Shown piece after piece: positions 1 to 10,483 of a DNA stretch of 64,000 bases. Position 1 is the first letter of the stretch; every line of letters starts with the position of its first letter. This DNA is from Candidatus Omnitrophota bacterium (lineage in GTDB: Bacteria > Omnitrophota > Gorgyraeia > Gygaellales > Gygaellaceae): the NCBI GenBank assembly GCA_018400015.1, contig JAGYNB010000002.1, forward strand, positions 116,555-180,554, in the 5' to 3' direction. The notes beneath the pieces were generated by a model, which was not told the DNA's origin, ran no database searches, and saw only the letters and a program-made list of their open reading frames with translations. The translations under genes and the position numbers were made by a program.

Positions 1-1
1 C

Positions 2-235
2 AAAGAAAAGTTTATCACCAAGATAAAAGATAAGGCATTTATCGGAAGCGGCACTGTTTTGGTTTCACCTGTTACGGTAGGTAAGAATGCTATTACTGCA
101 GCTGGAAGCGTGGTTACAAAAAACAAGAATATTCCTGATAATTCTGTTTGCATGGGGGTTCCTGCAGTTGTAAAGGATATTAAAAATAAGAAACAAAAAA
201 TTAGTAAACCAATAAAAAAGAAGAAAAAGCGATGA
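2..235 (+). CDS. glmU: GlmU C-terminus (partial; 5' end outside window)
   Basis: Manual translation KEKFITKIKDKAFIGSGTVLVSPVTVGKNAITAAGSVVTK...GVPA is a hexapeptide-repeat acetyltransferase tail. The TGA at 233-235 overlaps the prs ATG. glmU-prs synteny is conserved. Confidence 0.85.
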   Translation, partial: KEKFITKIKDKAFIGSGTVLVSPVTVGKNAITAAGSVVTKNKNIPDNSVCMGVPAVVKDIKNKKQKISKPIKKKKKR

Positions 236-1170
236 AAGAAAAAGTATGCGTGTTCAGCGGTAATGCAAATAGGGAGCTTGCGTTAAATATTTGTAAAAAT
301 ATGGATTTTAAGCTTAAAGAGGCTATGGTTACTCGTTTTAGCGAAGGTGAAGTGCGCGTTCAGATAAAAGATAATGTTCGCGGTAAAGACGTATTTATAA
401 TTCAGCCAACGTGTCCGCCTGTTAACGATAACATTATGGAACTTTTGGTTATGATTGATGCGTTAAGGCGCGCTTCAAGTGGCAGAATAACTGCAGTGGT
501 GCCTTATTTTGGTTATGCCAGACAGGATAGAAAAGATCAGCCAAGGGTTCCTATAACCGCAAAGCTGATTGCGAACCTATTAACCAACTCAGGAGTTGAT
601 AGAATCCTTACTATGGATCTTCATGCTGGTCAAATTCAAGGTTTTTTTGATATTCCATTGGATCATTTGTATGCTATAGGTATTTTTGTTGATTATTTTT
701 CAAAGTTAAATTCAAAGAATCTCTGCGTTGTTTCACCTGACGTAGGCGGTATCAAGATGGCTAGAAGTTATGCCAAACGTTTGAATGCAGGGCTTGCTAT
801 TGTGGATAAGCGCCGCATAAGCCCGGAACAGACCGAAGTAATGAATATTTTAGGTGAAATTAAAGATAGAGATGTAGTATTGGTGGATGATATTATTGCA
901 ACAGGAACCTCAGTTATTGAGGCTGTTAATTTTTTGAAGAAAATAGGTGCAGGCAATATCTATGTTGCTATTACGCATGGAATACTTTCTGGCAGCGCAA
1001 TTGAAAAAATAAAAGCATCGCCTATAAAAGAACTTGTTATTACAGATACTATTCCTTTGCCAAAAGAGAAGCAGTGTTCTAAGATAAAGGTTTTATCAGT
1101 TGCAGGGTTATTGGCAGAAGCAATAAAAAGAATTCATAAAGAAGAATCGATAAGTTGTCTTTTTGATTAA
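232..1170 (+). CDS. prs: Ribose-phosphate pyrophosphokinase
   Basis: FSEGE, PYFGYARQDRK, DLHAGQIQGFFD and LVDDIIATG motifs. Confidence 0.97.
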   Translation: MKEKVCVFSGNANRELALNICKNMDFKLKEAMVTRFSEGEVRVQIKDNVRGKDVFIIQPTCPPVNDNIMELLVMIDALRRASSGRITAVVPYFGYARQDRKDQPRVPITAKLIANLLTNSGVDRILTMDLHAGQIQGFFDIPLDHLYAIGIFVDYFSKLNSKNLCVVSPDVGGIKMARSYAKRLNAGLAIVDKRRISPEQTEVMNILGEIKDRDVVLVDDIIATGTSVIEAVNFLKKIGAGNIYVAITHGILSGSAIEKIKASPIKELVITDTIPLPKEKQCSKIKVLSVAGLLAEAIKRIHKEESISCLFD

Positions 1171-1185
1171 CAATAAGGAGTTAAG

Positions 1186-1893
1186 ATGGAAGAGTTAGTG
1201 CTAGAAGTTGCAACAAGAGAAGATTTAGGCAAATCAGCTGTAGCAAAAATGAGGAACGAGGATTTTATCCCCGGAGTTCTATATGGTAAACACAGAAAAC
1301 CAATAGCAATAAAAGTCTCTACAAAGAACCTGCACAAGCTTGTACACGAAGGCAGACTCGATAATGCTCTTATAAAATTGATGTTTAAAGATAAGTCTAA
1401 GCCTGTGCATACCTTGGTTAAGGAGATTCAGTTTGAACCGGTAAAAGATACAATATTACATATTGATTTTAATGAGATTTCTATGACCGATAAAATTCGT
1501 GTTAAGGTTCCCGTAAAAGCAAAAGGGGAGCCCGAAGGCGTCAAAAAAGACGGCGGATCGTTGGAACATTCATTGTGGGAATTGGATGTAGAGTGTTTGC
1601 CTACTAATGTTCCGAACAAATTTGAACTTGATGTCAGCGCTTTAAAAATAGGCGATGGTATTCATATTTGTGATATCGTTGTTCCTGAAGGGGTAAGGAT
1701 TTTGCACGATGGCGATAGTTTAGTGTTTAGCGTAGCTGCACCTGCTAAAGAAGAATTACCGGAAGAAGCAGAAGTTGTTGAAGGGGCGGGATCTGCCGAA
1801 CCTGAAGTTATAAAGAAGAAGAAAGAGCCGGTAGAATCTGAAGCGGGCTCCGGAGCAGAAAAGCCTGAGAAAAAAGAAGCAAAAGAGAAATAA
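1186..1893 (+). CDS. rplY: 50S ribosomal protein L25/Ctc (long form with acidic tail)
   Basis: IPGVLYG, HIDF and GVKKDGG motifs; AAGGAG RBS; prs-rplY-pth synteny. Confidence 0.95.
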   Translation: MEELVLEVATREDLGKSAVAKMRNEDFIPGVLYGKHRKPIAIKVSTKNLHKLVHEGRLDNALIKLMFKDKSKPVHTLVKEIQFEPVKDTILHIDFNEISMTDKIRVKVPVKAKGEPEGVKKDGGSLEHSLWELDVECLPTNVPNKFELDVSALKIGDGIHICDIVVPEGVRILHDGDSLVFSVAAPAKEELPEEAEVVEGAGSAEPEVIKKKKEPVESEAGSGAEKPEKKEAKEK

Positions 1894-1916
1894 TATCCCT
1901 TTTTATAATATCGAAC

Positions 1917-2477
1917 ATGAAGTTAATAGTCGGTTTAGGCAACCCGGGCGTTAAATATAAAAATACTAGACATAATTTGGGTTTTCTTACCGTTGATAAC
2001 TTAGCCTTAGAGTATAAGCTAAGACAAAAAGCTCTTAATACCTGTTCATCGAGAATAGCAAAGCATAGATATTTTATTATTGCTAAACCGCAGACTTATA
2101 TGAATTTATCTGGGAAAGCGGTGCAATGCTTAGTAAAGAAGTTTAAAATTTCGATTGAAGATATTTTAGTAGTTTTTGATGATGTCAATCTTGATTTAGG
2201 GAGATTCAAAATTGTCCAAGGCGGTTCTACCTATGGCCATAATGGCCTTAAATCGATAGTAGATTCATTAAAGGACAAAAACTTTTCAAGATTGCGTATA
2301 GGTATCGGTTCTAATTCCAGAGGAGATTTAACTGATTTTGTTTTGGGTAATTTAACCCGCAAAGAAATAATTGCAATTGATTCACAACTAGAAAATATAA
2401 CAGATTGTTGTAAGAACTGGATAGAAAAAGGAGTAAATTCTGCGATGAATAAACATAACAAAAGGAAAAAAGAATGA
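1917..2477 (+). CDS. pth: Peptidyl-tRNA hydrolase
   Basis: LIVGLGNPG, TRHNLGF, KPQTYMNLSG, GHNGLKSI. Confidence 0.97.
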   Translation: MKLIVGLGNPGVKYKNTRHNLGFLTVDNLALEYKLRQKALNTCSSRIAKHRYFIIAKPQTYMNLSGKAVQCLVKKFKISIEDILVVFDDVNLDLGRFKIVQGGSTYGHNGLKSIVDSLKDKNFSRLRIGIGSNSRGDLTDFVLGNLTRKEIIAIDSQLENITDCCKNWIEKGVNSAMNKHNKRKKE

Positions 2478-2782
2478 AAAATTATTACGAAGCAATGTAT
2501 ATTTTAAAACCAAATCTTTCTAAGGATGAACTTGATACCGAGACGAATCAGTTTAAGGAATTGATAACCAAAGAAGAAGGAAGTGTTCAGGAAGCCTCTT
2601 TTTGGCAGGAAAAAAGAAAGCTTGCTTATCCGATTAAGAATTTTCAAGAAGGCGTTTATTATTTGATTAAGTTTGAATCTGATCCAAGCCTTATTGCGAA
2701 ACTTAAGAAATCTCATAAATTAGACGAAAACATTTTAAGATATTTGATTATAAAAAAGAATGTTAGCCAAAAAGCAGGTTAA
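2474..2782 (+). CDS. rpsF: 30S ribosomal protein S6
   Basis: YEAMYILKP, RKLAYPI, ILRYL; rpsF-ssb-rpsR order. Confidence 0.96.
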   Translation: MKNYYEAMYILKPNLSKDELDTETNQFKELITKEEGSVQEASFWQEKRKLAYPIKNFQEGVYYLIKFESDPSLIAKLKKSHKLDENILRYLIIKKNVSQKAG

Positions 2783-2797
2783 AAAAGGAGTATAGAT

Positions 2798-3244
2798 ATG
2801 GCAAGTTTAAATAAAGTTCTTCTTATCGGCAATTTAACCAGGGATCCGGAATTACGTTATACCCCTAATGGAACAGCTGTTGTCAATTTAAGGATTGCCG
2901 TTAACAGAAAATATAAAGATAGAACAGGTGGACAAAAGGAAGATACATGTTTTTTGACTGTTGTAGCTTGGGATAAACAAGCTGAAACTTGTAATCAGTA
3001 TCTTCAAAAAGGAAGAAGTATTTTTGTGGAAGGAAGATTACAGTCACGTTCCTGGCAGGATGCGCAAGGTCAAAAGAGAATGGCTTTGGATGTAAGGGCT
3101 GAAAGAGTGCAGTTTTTGGGCGCACCTTCCGCAAGTAGCAGTCAAACACAAACCGCAAAAGAGCCTGCATTCGAAGAACATAATTTAGAAGACAACGGAC
3201 AAGATGTAGCATCTTGGTTAGAGGAGGATAAAAAAGATGATTAG
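2798..3244 (+). CDS. ssb: Single-stranded DNA-binding protein
   Basis: LNKVLLIGNLTRDPELRYT and VEGRLQSRSW; AAGGAG RBS. Confidence 0.97.
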   Translation: MASLNKVLLIGNLTRDPELRYTPNGTAVVNLRIAVNRKYKDRTGGQKEDTCFLTVVAWDKQAETCNQYLQKGRSIFVEGRLQSRSWQDAQGQKRMALDVRAERVQFLGAPSASSSQTQTAKEPAFEEHNLEDNGQDVASWLEEDKKDD

Positions 3245-3491
3245 AAAGAATAAAGATAAAAAAAGACGTATTTCATCAGGGCCATACAGAAAGAAATACT
3301 GTAGGTTCTGTAAAGAGAAAGATAAAGAAATCGATTATAAGGATATAAGGCTGGTTGAACGTTTTGTCAGTGATCGTTTAAAAATTGTCCCAAGGCGCGC
3401 CAGCGGTCTTTGCGCCAAACACCAAAGAAGAATGGCAGAGGCTATAAAAAGAGCAAGGTTTTTAGCGATTATTGATTACGTGAAAAGATGA
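3237..3491 (+). CDS. rpsR: 30S ribosomal protein S18 (zinc-binding form)
   Basis: CRFC...IDYKD...CAKHQR...IKRAR. Confidence 0.96.
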   Translation: MIRKNKDKKRRISSGPYRKKYCRFCKEKDKEIDYKDIRLVERFVSDRLKIVPRRASGLCAKHQRRMAEAIKRARFLAIIDYVKR

Positions 3492-3494
3492 ACA

Positions 3495-3941
3495 ATGATT
3501 AAAGCAATATTAAAAACTAAGGTTGCTGGTTTGGGACAGGCAGGAGAAGTGGTAAAAGTTAAGGAAGGATATTTAAGGAATTATCTTTTGCCTAATGATT
3601 TGGCAACAGAAGCGACGCCTGTTAATTTGAAGCATTCCCAGCAGTTGAAGCAAAAAATAGAGGTTTCTAAGAAGAACGAAAAAGAGCAGGCATTGAAACT
3701 CGCAGATAGAATTAAAAATGTTTCGCTCACATTAAAGAAAGAGGCAACGGATCAGGATATTCTTTATGGAAGCGTATCCAAAGAAGATATCAAGGCTGCT
3801 TTTAATGAAGAAGGTCACGAGATAGTCTTAGAAGCTTTACAGATAGAAGAACCTATAAAGAAGTTAGGTATTTATTATGTAGATATTAATTTACATCCAG
3901 AAGTAAAAGCAAAAGTAAAAATCTGGGTTGTAAAGAAATAA
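3495..3941 (+). CDS. rplI: 50S ribosomal protein L9
   Basis: LGQAGEVVKVKEGYLRNYLLP, LYGSV, IKKLG. Confidence 0.96.
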   Translation: MIKAILKTKVAGLGQAGEVVKVKEGYLRNYLLPNDLATEATPVNLKHSQQLKQKIEVSKKNEKEQALKLADRIKNVSLTLKKEATDQDILYGSVSKEDIKAAFNEEGHEIVLEALQIEEPIKKLGIYYVDINLHPEVKAKVKIWVVKK

Positions 3942-3944
3942 TTC

Positions 3945-5288
3945 ATGGCAGAAGATATTTATCTGAATAAAGTTCCACCACAGAGCACGGAAGCTGAGAT
4001 GGCTGTCTTGGGATCAATGTTAATTGATAAAGAGGCCATTCCTGCAGCATTGGAATTGCTTACTTGCGAATTTTTTTACGATAATTCCCACCGTAAGATT
4101 TTCGATTCTGTTGTCAATCTATTCAATGAAAACCGCGCTGTAGATATTCTTACTTTAAGTTCTGAGCTTACAGCTAAAGGTGATTTGGAAAAAATCGGTG
4201 GAGTTAGTTATTTAACTAAATTGGTAAATTCAGTTCCGACCTCTGCTAATGTTCAGTATTACGCAAGATTGGTAAAACAAAAAGGGATATTGCGCTCTCT
4301 AATAAATAACGCTACAGCCATTGTCACCAAGGCCTATGATTCTGATGGCAATGTGGATGAAGTTTTAGATTATGCGGAACGTTTGATTTTTGAGATAAGC
4401 GATAAGAAGATCGAAGGCGGATTTATTCCGGTTAGAGAAATCATTAAAGATAGCATTGAACAGATTGATAAATTATATCAGCGAAAAGCTCATGTTACAG
4501 GTTTGCCCAGTGGTTTTAATGATTTTGATACTAAGACAGCAGGCTTGCAAGCTTCGGATTTAGTGATTATTGCCGGAAGACCCTCTATGGGAAAGAGTGC
4601 TTTTGCTGTAAGTATAATAGAACATATTAGCGTAGTTGAGAAAATTCCTACAGCTTTTTTTAGTCTGGAAATGTCCAAGGAACAACTTGTTCAAAGACTT
4701 CTTTGTAGCCACGCTAGGGTAGATGCGCACAAAGTAAGGACTGGTTTTTTAGCCGGTTCAGATTGGCCCAGGCTTACTGCTGCCGCAGGTAAACTTTCCG
4801 ATTCGCCTATATTTATAGATGATACGCCAGCGATCAGCGTATTGGAATTGCGCGCAAAAGCAAGAAGATTAAAGCTGCATCATAATATCAAGCTTGTTGT
4901 TGTTGATTATCTTCAGCTGATGAGGGGAAATAACGAGGAGAGCCGTCAGCAGGAAATTTCAGAGATTTCCCGTTCTTTAAAGGCTTTGGCAAGAGAATTG
5001 AATATTACGGTTATTGCCATAAGTCAGCTCTCTCGTGCAGTAGAATCTCGCATAGGACATAAACCGCAATTATCGGACCTTAGGGAATCTGGGGCAATCG
5101 AACAGGATGCCGACGTGGTAGTGCTTCTATTCAGAGAAGAATATTATGACCCAAAGGAAGATAATAAGGGCGTAGCTGAAGTAAATATTGCCAAGCAAAG
5201 AAATGGTCCTGTAGGGGCAGTAAAATTAGCGTTCTTAAAAGAATATATGCGTTTTGAAAACTTAGCACCCAGCTTTATGGAGGAATAA
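3945..5288 (+). CDS. dnaB: Replicative DNA helicase (no intein)
   Basis: AGRPSMGKS, DYLQLM, SQLSR, SDLRESGAIEQDAD, KQRNGP. Confidence 0.98.
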   Translation: MAEDIYLNKVPPQSTEAEMAVLGSMLIDKEAIPAALELLTCEFFYDNSHRKIFDSVVNLFNENRAVDILTLSSELTAKGDLEKIGGVSYLTKLVNSVPTSANVQYYARLVKQKGILRSLINNATAIVTKAYDSDGNVDEVLDYAERLIFEISDKKIEGGFIPVREIIKDSIEQIDKLYQRKAHVTGLPSGFNDFDTKTAGLQASDLVIIAGRPSMGKSAFAVSIIEHISVVEKIPTAFFSLEMSKEQLVQRLLCSHARVDAHKVRTGFLAGSDWPRLTAAAGKLSDSPIFIDDTPAISVLELRAKARRLKLHHNIKLVVVDYLQLMRGNNEESRQQEISEISRSLKALARELNITVIAISQLSRAVESRIGHKPQLSDLRESGAIEQDADVVVLLFREEYYDPKEDNKGVAEVNIAKQRNGPVGAVKLAFLKEYMRFENLAPSFMEE

Positions 5289-5292
5289 CCTT

Positions 5293-7605
5293 ATGAAGAA
5301 AAGTCTTAAGACTTCGTTAGTTTTTTTAGCAGTTCTTGGATTGTTAATTATCAGTACTAATTTTTCATTTGCAGTTGATAAAATAATAAATAAAATTGAT
5401 GTTCAGGGTAATAAAAGTATTTCTACAAGTATGATAATTTCCAAAATAAAGTCGCGTGTGGGTTCAGTTTATTTTGAGAATGTAGTTGACGATGATATCA
5501 AGAGGCTTGCGAAGGAAGGATACTTTGACGATATAAAAATAGATGTCGAAGATTGCGAAGACGGAGTATGTCTGGTGATTAATGTGAAAGAGCGTTTGAT
5601 ATTAGATAAAATTGAATTTAAAGGAAACCGCTATATTAGAAATTCCCGCATAAGGAAAGATTTAAAATCCAAAGAAGGACAGTATATTGATTATACTTCT
5701 CTAATGGAAGATATCGAGATGATTAAGTCGCTTTATGAGAAAAAGGGTTTTTCTCTTGTTGATATAAATTATACGGAAGATGTAAATCAAGATAAAGGTA
5801 AAGTGGCTGTAATCATTAATATTCAAGAAAAAAGAAGATATAAAATAAGAAGTTTGAGTTTTTCTGGCAATGACAGTTTCTCTAGCAAAAGATTGTTGAA
5901 ACTTATCAAGACAAGAAAGGCCGCGTTTTTTAGCTCAGGAGTTTTTAAAGAAGACGTGTTCTTGCAGGATGAACAAAGAATAAAGGCTTTTTATATGAAT
6001 GAAGGATTTAGTGATGTCGGCGTTGATCATGAGATTGAATACGGAGCGCTTGATTCCATATATCTAAAATTCATTATAAATGAAGGCCCCAGGTATTATG
6101 TTAAGAAGGTAGAGTTTAGCGGGAATACTGTTTTTACTGATAGAGAACTTAGATTTAATCTGGAGAATTGCTGTGAAGGCATGGTTTATAATGAAGATGG
6201 GCTTCGTAAAGACCAGGCGTTGTTGAAAGAGGTTTATTTTGACGATGGCTACATCGGTGTAAACGTAGATTATGATGTGTTTGCTGATTTAGAAACAAAC
6301 GGTGTAAATATATCTTATTCGATTGTAGAAAATGAAGTTTCTTATGTAAATCTTGTTAAAGTAAGAGGCAATGTAAAAACAAAAGATGTGGTTATAAGAA
6401 GAGAAATGCGCCTAAAACCCGGAGATAAATTTGATGGAGAAAAACTCAGGCGTAGCAAAGAACGTCTTAAAAATTTAGGTTTCTTCGATGAACAAGAAGG
6501 CGTTAACTACGATATAGAAGATACGAATACTCCTAATAAGAAAAATCTTATTGTGGATGTTAAAGAAGCAAAGACCGGCGAGTTTAGTTTCGGCGGAGGT
6601 TATAGTACAGTAGATAAAATGGTTGGTTTTATTCAGATTGAACAGAAGAATTTTGACTGGAAGAATTGGCCTTATTTTACCGGTGACGGACAGGACCTTA
6701 GGCTACGCGCCGAAATAGGCTCTATAAGTGACGAGTATATGCTGAGTTTTACAGAACCTTGGATTTTTGATTATCCTGTCTCATTTGGTTTTGATTTATA
6801 CCGTAGTGCCCATGATAGAGATACCGATGTTGGTTATTCTTTCGATGAGACTAGAACCGGAGGCGACTTGCGGCTTGGAAAAGCATTGAGCGAATATTTA
6901 AGTGCAAGTTTAGTGTACAGGCTTGATAGTATAGAAATTACTAATATTAATGATGATGTTGTAAGCGATATCAAGAAAGAAGAAGGCGAAAACAATATCA
7001 GTAGTCTAAAATTTGGTTTAGGCTATGATACCAGAGATAATATTTTTAGTCCTACAAGAGGCAATATTTTTGGTATAACATTTGAATGCGCAGGAGGTCC
7101 TTTTGGTGGCGATAAGGATTTTACTAAAATTATAACTCGCTATAGCCACTTTTTTCCGCTTATGAGAAAATCTACCTTTGAAACAAGGTTTTATGCAGGC
7201 GTTGCCAATGAGTTTGACTCTACCGATGATGTACCAATATATGAAAGGTTTTATGCCGGAGGAGCCAATACGATCAGAGGCTATGAAGAAAGAAAAGTCG
7301 GACCTATCGATTCGGCAACCGAGGATCCTATCGGAGGAAAGGCTATATTTATTGCAAATTTCGAGTATTTATATCCTTTGGTTGATGAAATAAAATTAGC
7401 TACTTTTTATGATGTGGGAAATGTATGGAGAAAGTCTAATGATATATTCAACGGCGGGGATTTAAAGTCAAGCGTAGGCTTGGGGTTAAGGATAAAAACA
7501 CCCATTGGACCGGTAAAGTTAGATTACGGTATTCCGCTTAAAGTCGGTCCTGGCGAAGAGGGCAAAGGCGGCAGGTTCCATTTTAGTGCAGGGAACACAT
7601 TTTAA
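5293..7605 (+). CDS. bamA: Outer membrane protein assembly factor BamA
   Basis: Signal peptide, POTRA repeats, GNVKTKDVVIRRE, IRGY motif, terminal Phe. Confidence 0.96.
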   Translation: MKKSLKTSLVFLAVLGLLIISTNFSFAVDKIINKIDVQGNKSISTSMIISKIKSRVGSVYFENVVDDDIKRLAKEGYFDDIKIDVEDCEDGVCLVINVKERLILDKIEFKGNRYIRNSRIRKDLKSKEGQYIDYTSLMEDIEMIKSLYEKKGFSLVDINYTEDVNQDKGKVAVIINIQEKRRYKIRSLSFSGNDSFSSKRLLKLIKTRKAAFFSSGVFKEDVFLQDEQRIKAFYMNEGFSDVGVDHEIEYGALDSIYLKFIINEGPRYYVKKVEFSGNTVFTDRELRFNLENCCEGMVYNEDGLRKDQALLKEVYFDDGYIGVNVDYDVFADLETNGVNISYSIVENEVSYVNLVKVRGNVKTKDVVIRREMRLKPGDKFDGEKLRRSKERLKNLGFFDEQEGVNYDIEDTNTPNKKNLIVDVKEAKTGEFSFGGGYSTVDKMVGFIQIEQKNFDWKNWPYFTGDGQDLRLRAEIGSISDEYMLSFTEPWIFDYPVSFGFDLYRSAHDRDTDVGYSFDETRTGGDLRLGKALSEYLSASLVYRLDSIEITNINDDVVSDIKKEEGENNISSLKFGLGYDTRDNIFSPTRGNIFGITFECAGGPFGGDKDFTKIITRYSHFFPLMRKSTFETRFYAGVANEFDSTDDVPIYERFYAGGANTIRGYEERKVGPIDSATEDPIGGKAIFIANFEYLYPLVDEIKLATFYDVGNVWRKSNDIFNGGDLKSSVGLGLRIKTPIGPVKLDYGIPLKVGPGEEGKGGRFHFSAGNTF

Positions 7606-7623
7606 CTTAAATAGGAGGTTATT

Positions 7624-8115
7624 GTGAGTAAGTTTAAATTAGTATTGATTTTGTTTGTAGTGTCTTTTGTATTTTCGGGCATATTGTATGCCGCAGAAGG
7701 TTTAGTTTATTTGGATCTTAAAGAAGTTTTAGCCAGTTATGAGAAAACTAAAAAGTATGATTCTGCCTTAGAGAAGGATCAGAAAGAATATAAATCTGCG
7801 ATGGAGAGTAAGGTTGCAGAGTTAAAGAAAATACAGAGTTCGCTATCTGTTTTAAACGATTCTGAAAAAGCCAAAAAGCAAGACGTAATCGAACAGAAGC
7901 TTCGTGATTTAAGAAATTTCGAGGATATAAAACAGAGTGAGATTACCAAGGAATATAATTCTAAGATGAAGGAGATTTTTGAGGATATTGATACGGTCAT
8001 AAAGCTAGTCGCTGAGAAAAAAGGTTATTCTTTGGTTTTGGACGAACGTTTTTTGCTTTATGCAGATGGCGCTAAAGATATAACTAACGAGATAATAAAA
8101 GAATTAAATAAATAA
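7624..8115 (+). CDS. skp: OmpH/Skp periplasmic chaperone
   Basis: Signal peptide, coiled-coil body, GYSLVLD...DITNEII; lies between bamA and lpxD; GGAGG RBS before GTG. Confidence 0.9.
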   Translation: MSKFKLVLILFVVSFVFSGILYAAEGLVYLDLKEVLASYEKTKKYDSALEKDQKEYKSAMESKVAELKKIQSSLSVLNDSEKAKKQDVIEQKLRDLRNFEDIKQSEITKEYNSKMKEIFEDIDTVIKLVAEKKGYSLVLDERFLLYADGAKDITNEIIKELNK

Positions 8116-8121
8116 GATTAT

Positions 8122-9159
8122 ATGCAGAAAAAACTTAGTGAAATCGCTTCGCTTGTAGACGGTAAGCTTTTTGGAGACGGCAGTATTATTGTAGATGGGG
8201 TTAATGGCATTGAACAGGCCAGTAAAAGCGAAATTACCTTTCTTGCCAATTCCAAATACACGAGTTTCTTAAATAATACTAAGGCTGCTTGTGTAATTAC
8301 TTCATTCGAGGTTCCTAAAGAATTTAAAATTCCATATATTCTAGTCAATGATGCTTCCTTAGGTTTTATTAAAGTAGTTTCTTTATTTAAGCCCGAAGAT
8401 AAGAAGTGTTCTTTTGGTATAAGTGATAAGGCTGATATTGCAGAAAATGTTAAATTAGGCAAGAATGTTTCAGTGGGTAGTTTTACGGTCGTTGAAGATG
8501 GAGTGAGAATCGGAGATAATTGCGTAATTTACCCAAATTGTTTTATTGGTAAAAATACCACTCTTGACAGCGATTGTTTGATCTATTCTAATGTTACGAT
8601 AAGAGAAAATATAACAATAGGTAAAAGGGTTATTATCCAAAGCGCTGTAGTTATTGGTTCAGATGGTTTTGGTTTTGTCAAAGTTAACGGGAAATATCAG
8701 AAGATTCCCCAAATCGGTACTGTGGTGATCGAAGATGATGTTGAAATTGGCGCAGGTACAACTATTGACCGAGCGCGTTTTGATAAAACTTTGATTGGTC
8801 AAGGGACAAAGATTGATAATCTTGTTCAGATCGCTCATAATGTTACTATCGGAAAAAATTGTATTATAGTTGCGCAAGTGGGGATTTCAGGAAGCACTAA
8901 AATAGCAGACAACGTTACTATAGCCGGTCAAGCAGGAATAGCGGGCCACTTGAATATCGGCAATAATGTTTTGATTTATGCAAAATCAGGAGTCACCAAA
9001 GATATTAAAGATAATCAGCAGGTTTCTGACTATCCTGCAAAAGACCATGCTTTGGCTCGTAAACTCCGCGTATATATTAATAAATTACCAGAACTTAACG
9101 AAGAATTAAAGAGATTAAAGGAAAGTTTAAAAAGATTAATCGAGGAGAATAATAAGTGA
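8122..9159 (+). CDS. lpxD: UDP-3-O-acylglucosamine N-acyltransferase
   Basis: [26 protein letters not shown], hexapeptide repeats. Confidence 0.97.
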   Translation: MQKKLSEIASLVDGKLFGDGSIIVDGVNGIEQASKSEITFLANSKYTSFLNNTKAACVITSFEVPKEFKIPYILVNDASLGFIKVVSLFKPEDKKCSFGISDKADIAENVKLGKNVSVGSFTVVEDGVRIGDNCVIYPNCFIGKNTTLDSDCLIYSNVTIRENITIGKRVIIQSAVVIGSDGFGFVKVNGKYQKIPQIGTVVIEDDVEIGAGTTIDRARFDKTLIGQGTKIDNLVQIAHNVTIGKNCIIVAQVGISGSTKIADNVTIAGQAGIAGHLNIGNNVLIYAKSGVTKDIKDNQQVSDYPAKDHALARKLRVYINKLPELNEELKRLKESLKRLIEENNK

Positions 9160-10478
9160 ACAACAAACAATGTACGATAGCTAAGCCTGTTTCTTTTGAA
9201 GGTAAAGGTTTGCATACAGGAAAGAAAATCAAGGTGACGCTTAAGCCAGCTGTGGCGAATTCGGGAATAAGCTTTACCAGGGTAGACTTAAATAATAGGC
9301 TTACGATTAAGACTATAGTGGAAAGCGTGTTGAATCTTCCCCGCAGCCCTCGTAGAACTTCTATTGGAATCGATTGCGCACATGTGCATACAGTTGAACA
9401 TTTTATGGCTGCTTTATTTTGTAAGGGAATAGATAATCTTTTTGTCGAGATCGATAATGAAGAAATGCCTGGTCTTGACGGAAGCGCAAAAGAATATTTG
9501 GATATATTATCCAAAGTGGAATTAAAGGAATTAGATGCGTTAAAGAAAGAGTTTTTGGTAAAAGAACCTGTTTTTGTTGAGGATAAGGATTCGTTCATTG
9601 CAGCTTTTCCCAGCAATGAATTAAGAATAAGCTATACTTTAAGCTACAACCATTCTTATTTAAACTGCCAGTATTTAGATTTGGTTGCGACGCCCGAAGC
9701 TATTGAGAAAGGAATAATTTCTGCAAGGACTTTTTGTCTTGAAGAAGAGGCTGAAACTTTAAAGCGCAGTGGTCTTGGTAAAGGAGCAGATTACGATAAC
9801 ACTTTGGTGGTTGGAAAAAATGGCGTAATAAAGAATAAGCTACGTTTTGATGACGAATTTGTAAGGCATAAGGTCTTAGATCTTATTGGAGATTTATGCC
9901 TTTTTGGTATGGGTATAAAGGCCCATATAGTTGCTTTAAAAAGCGGGCATAATCTCAATATTAAACTTTTGAAGAAATTAAGGAGCCAGCAGGCAAAATA
10001 TCAGACAAGCGGAGTTGGTTCAGGAGGTCATTTTAGCGTTAAAGAAGGTGATATGTTGAACGTTGAACAGATTCAAGAGATCCTTCCGCATAGAAATCCA
10101 TTTCTATTTTTGGATAAGGTTACTGAAATCATCCCTGGCAAGAAAGCCGTAGGGATTAAGAATGTAACTATGAACGACTATTTTTTTAAAGGTCATTTTC
10201 CGCAGAGACCGGTTATGCCAGGTGTTATCATAGTTGAAGCTATGGCACAGCTGGGAGGCGTTTTGATGCTTTCAGAAACCGGCAATAGGGGCAAATTAGC
10301 TTTTTTCATGGCAATAAATAAGGCTAAGTTCCGAAAGCCCGTTGTGCCTGGAGACCAGCTTATTATGGAAGTGGAAGTTGGTAAAATTAAATCCCGCACC
10401 GGACAGGTAATAACAAAAGCATACGTTGACGGCAAAGTAGTTGCAGAAGCAGATCTTATGTTTGCACTTGTCGAATAA
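9156..10478 (+). CDS. lpxC/fabZ: Bifunctional LpxC-FabZ fusion
   Basis: N-terminal [26 protein letters not shown] (LpxC); C-terminal [25 protein letters not shown] (FabZ). Confidence 0.96.
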   Translation: MNNKQCTIAKPVSFEGKGLHTGKKIKVTLKPAVANSGISFTRVDLNNRLTIKTIVESVLNLPRSPRRTSIGIDCAHVHTVEHFMAALFCKGIDNLFVEIDNEEMPGLDGSAKEYLDILSKVELKELDALKKEFLVKEPVFVEDKDSFIAAFPSNELRISYTLSYNHSYLNCQYLDLVATPEAIEKGIISARTFCLEEEAETLKRSGLGKGADYDNTLVVGKNGVIKNKLRFDDEFVRHKVLDLIGDLCLFGMGIKAHIVALKSGHNLNIKLLKKLRSQQAKYQTSGVGSGGHFSVKEGDMLNVEQIQEILPHRNPFLFLDKVTEIIPGKKAVGIKNVTMNDYFFKGHFPQRPVMPGVIIVEAMAQLGGVLMLSETGNRGKLAFFMAINKAKFRKPVVPGDQLIMEVEVGKIKSRTGQVITKAYVDGKVVAEADLMFALVE

Positions 10479-10483
10479 TTGTT

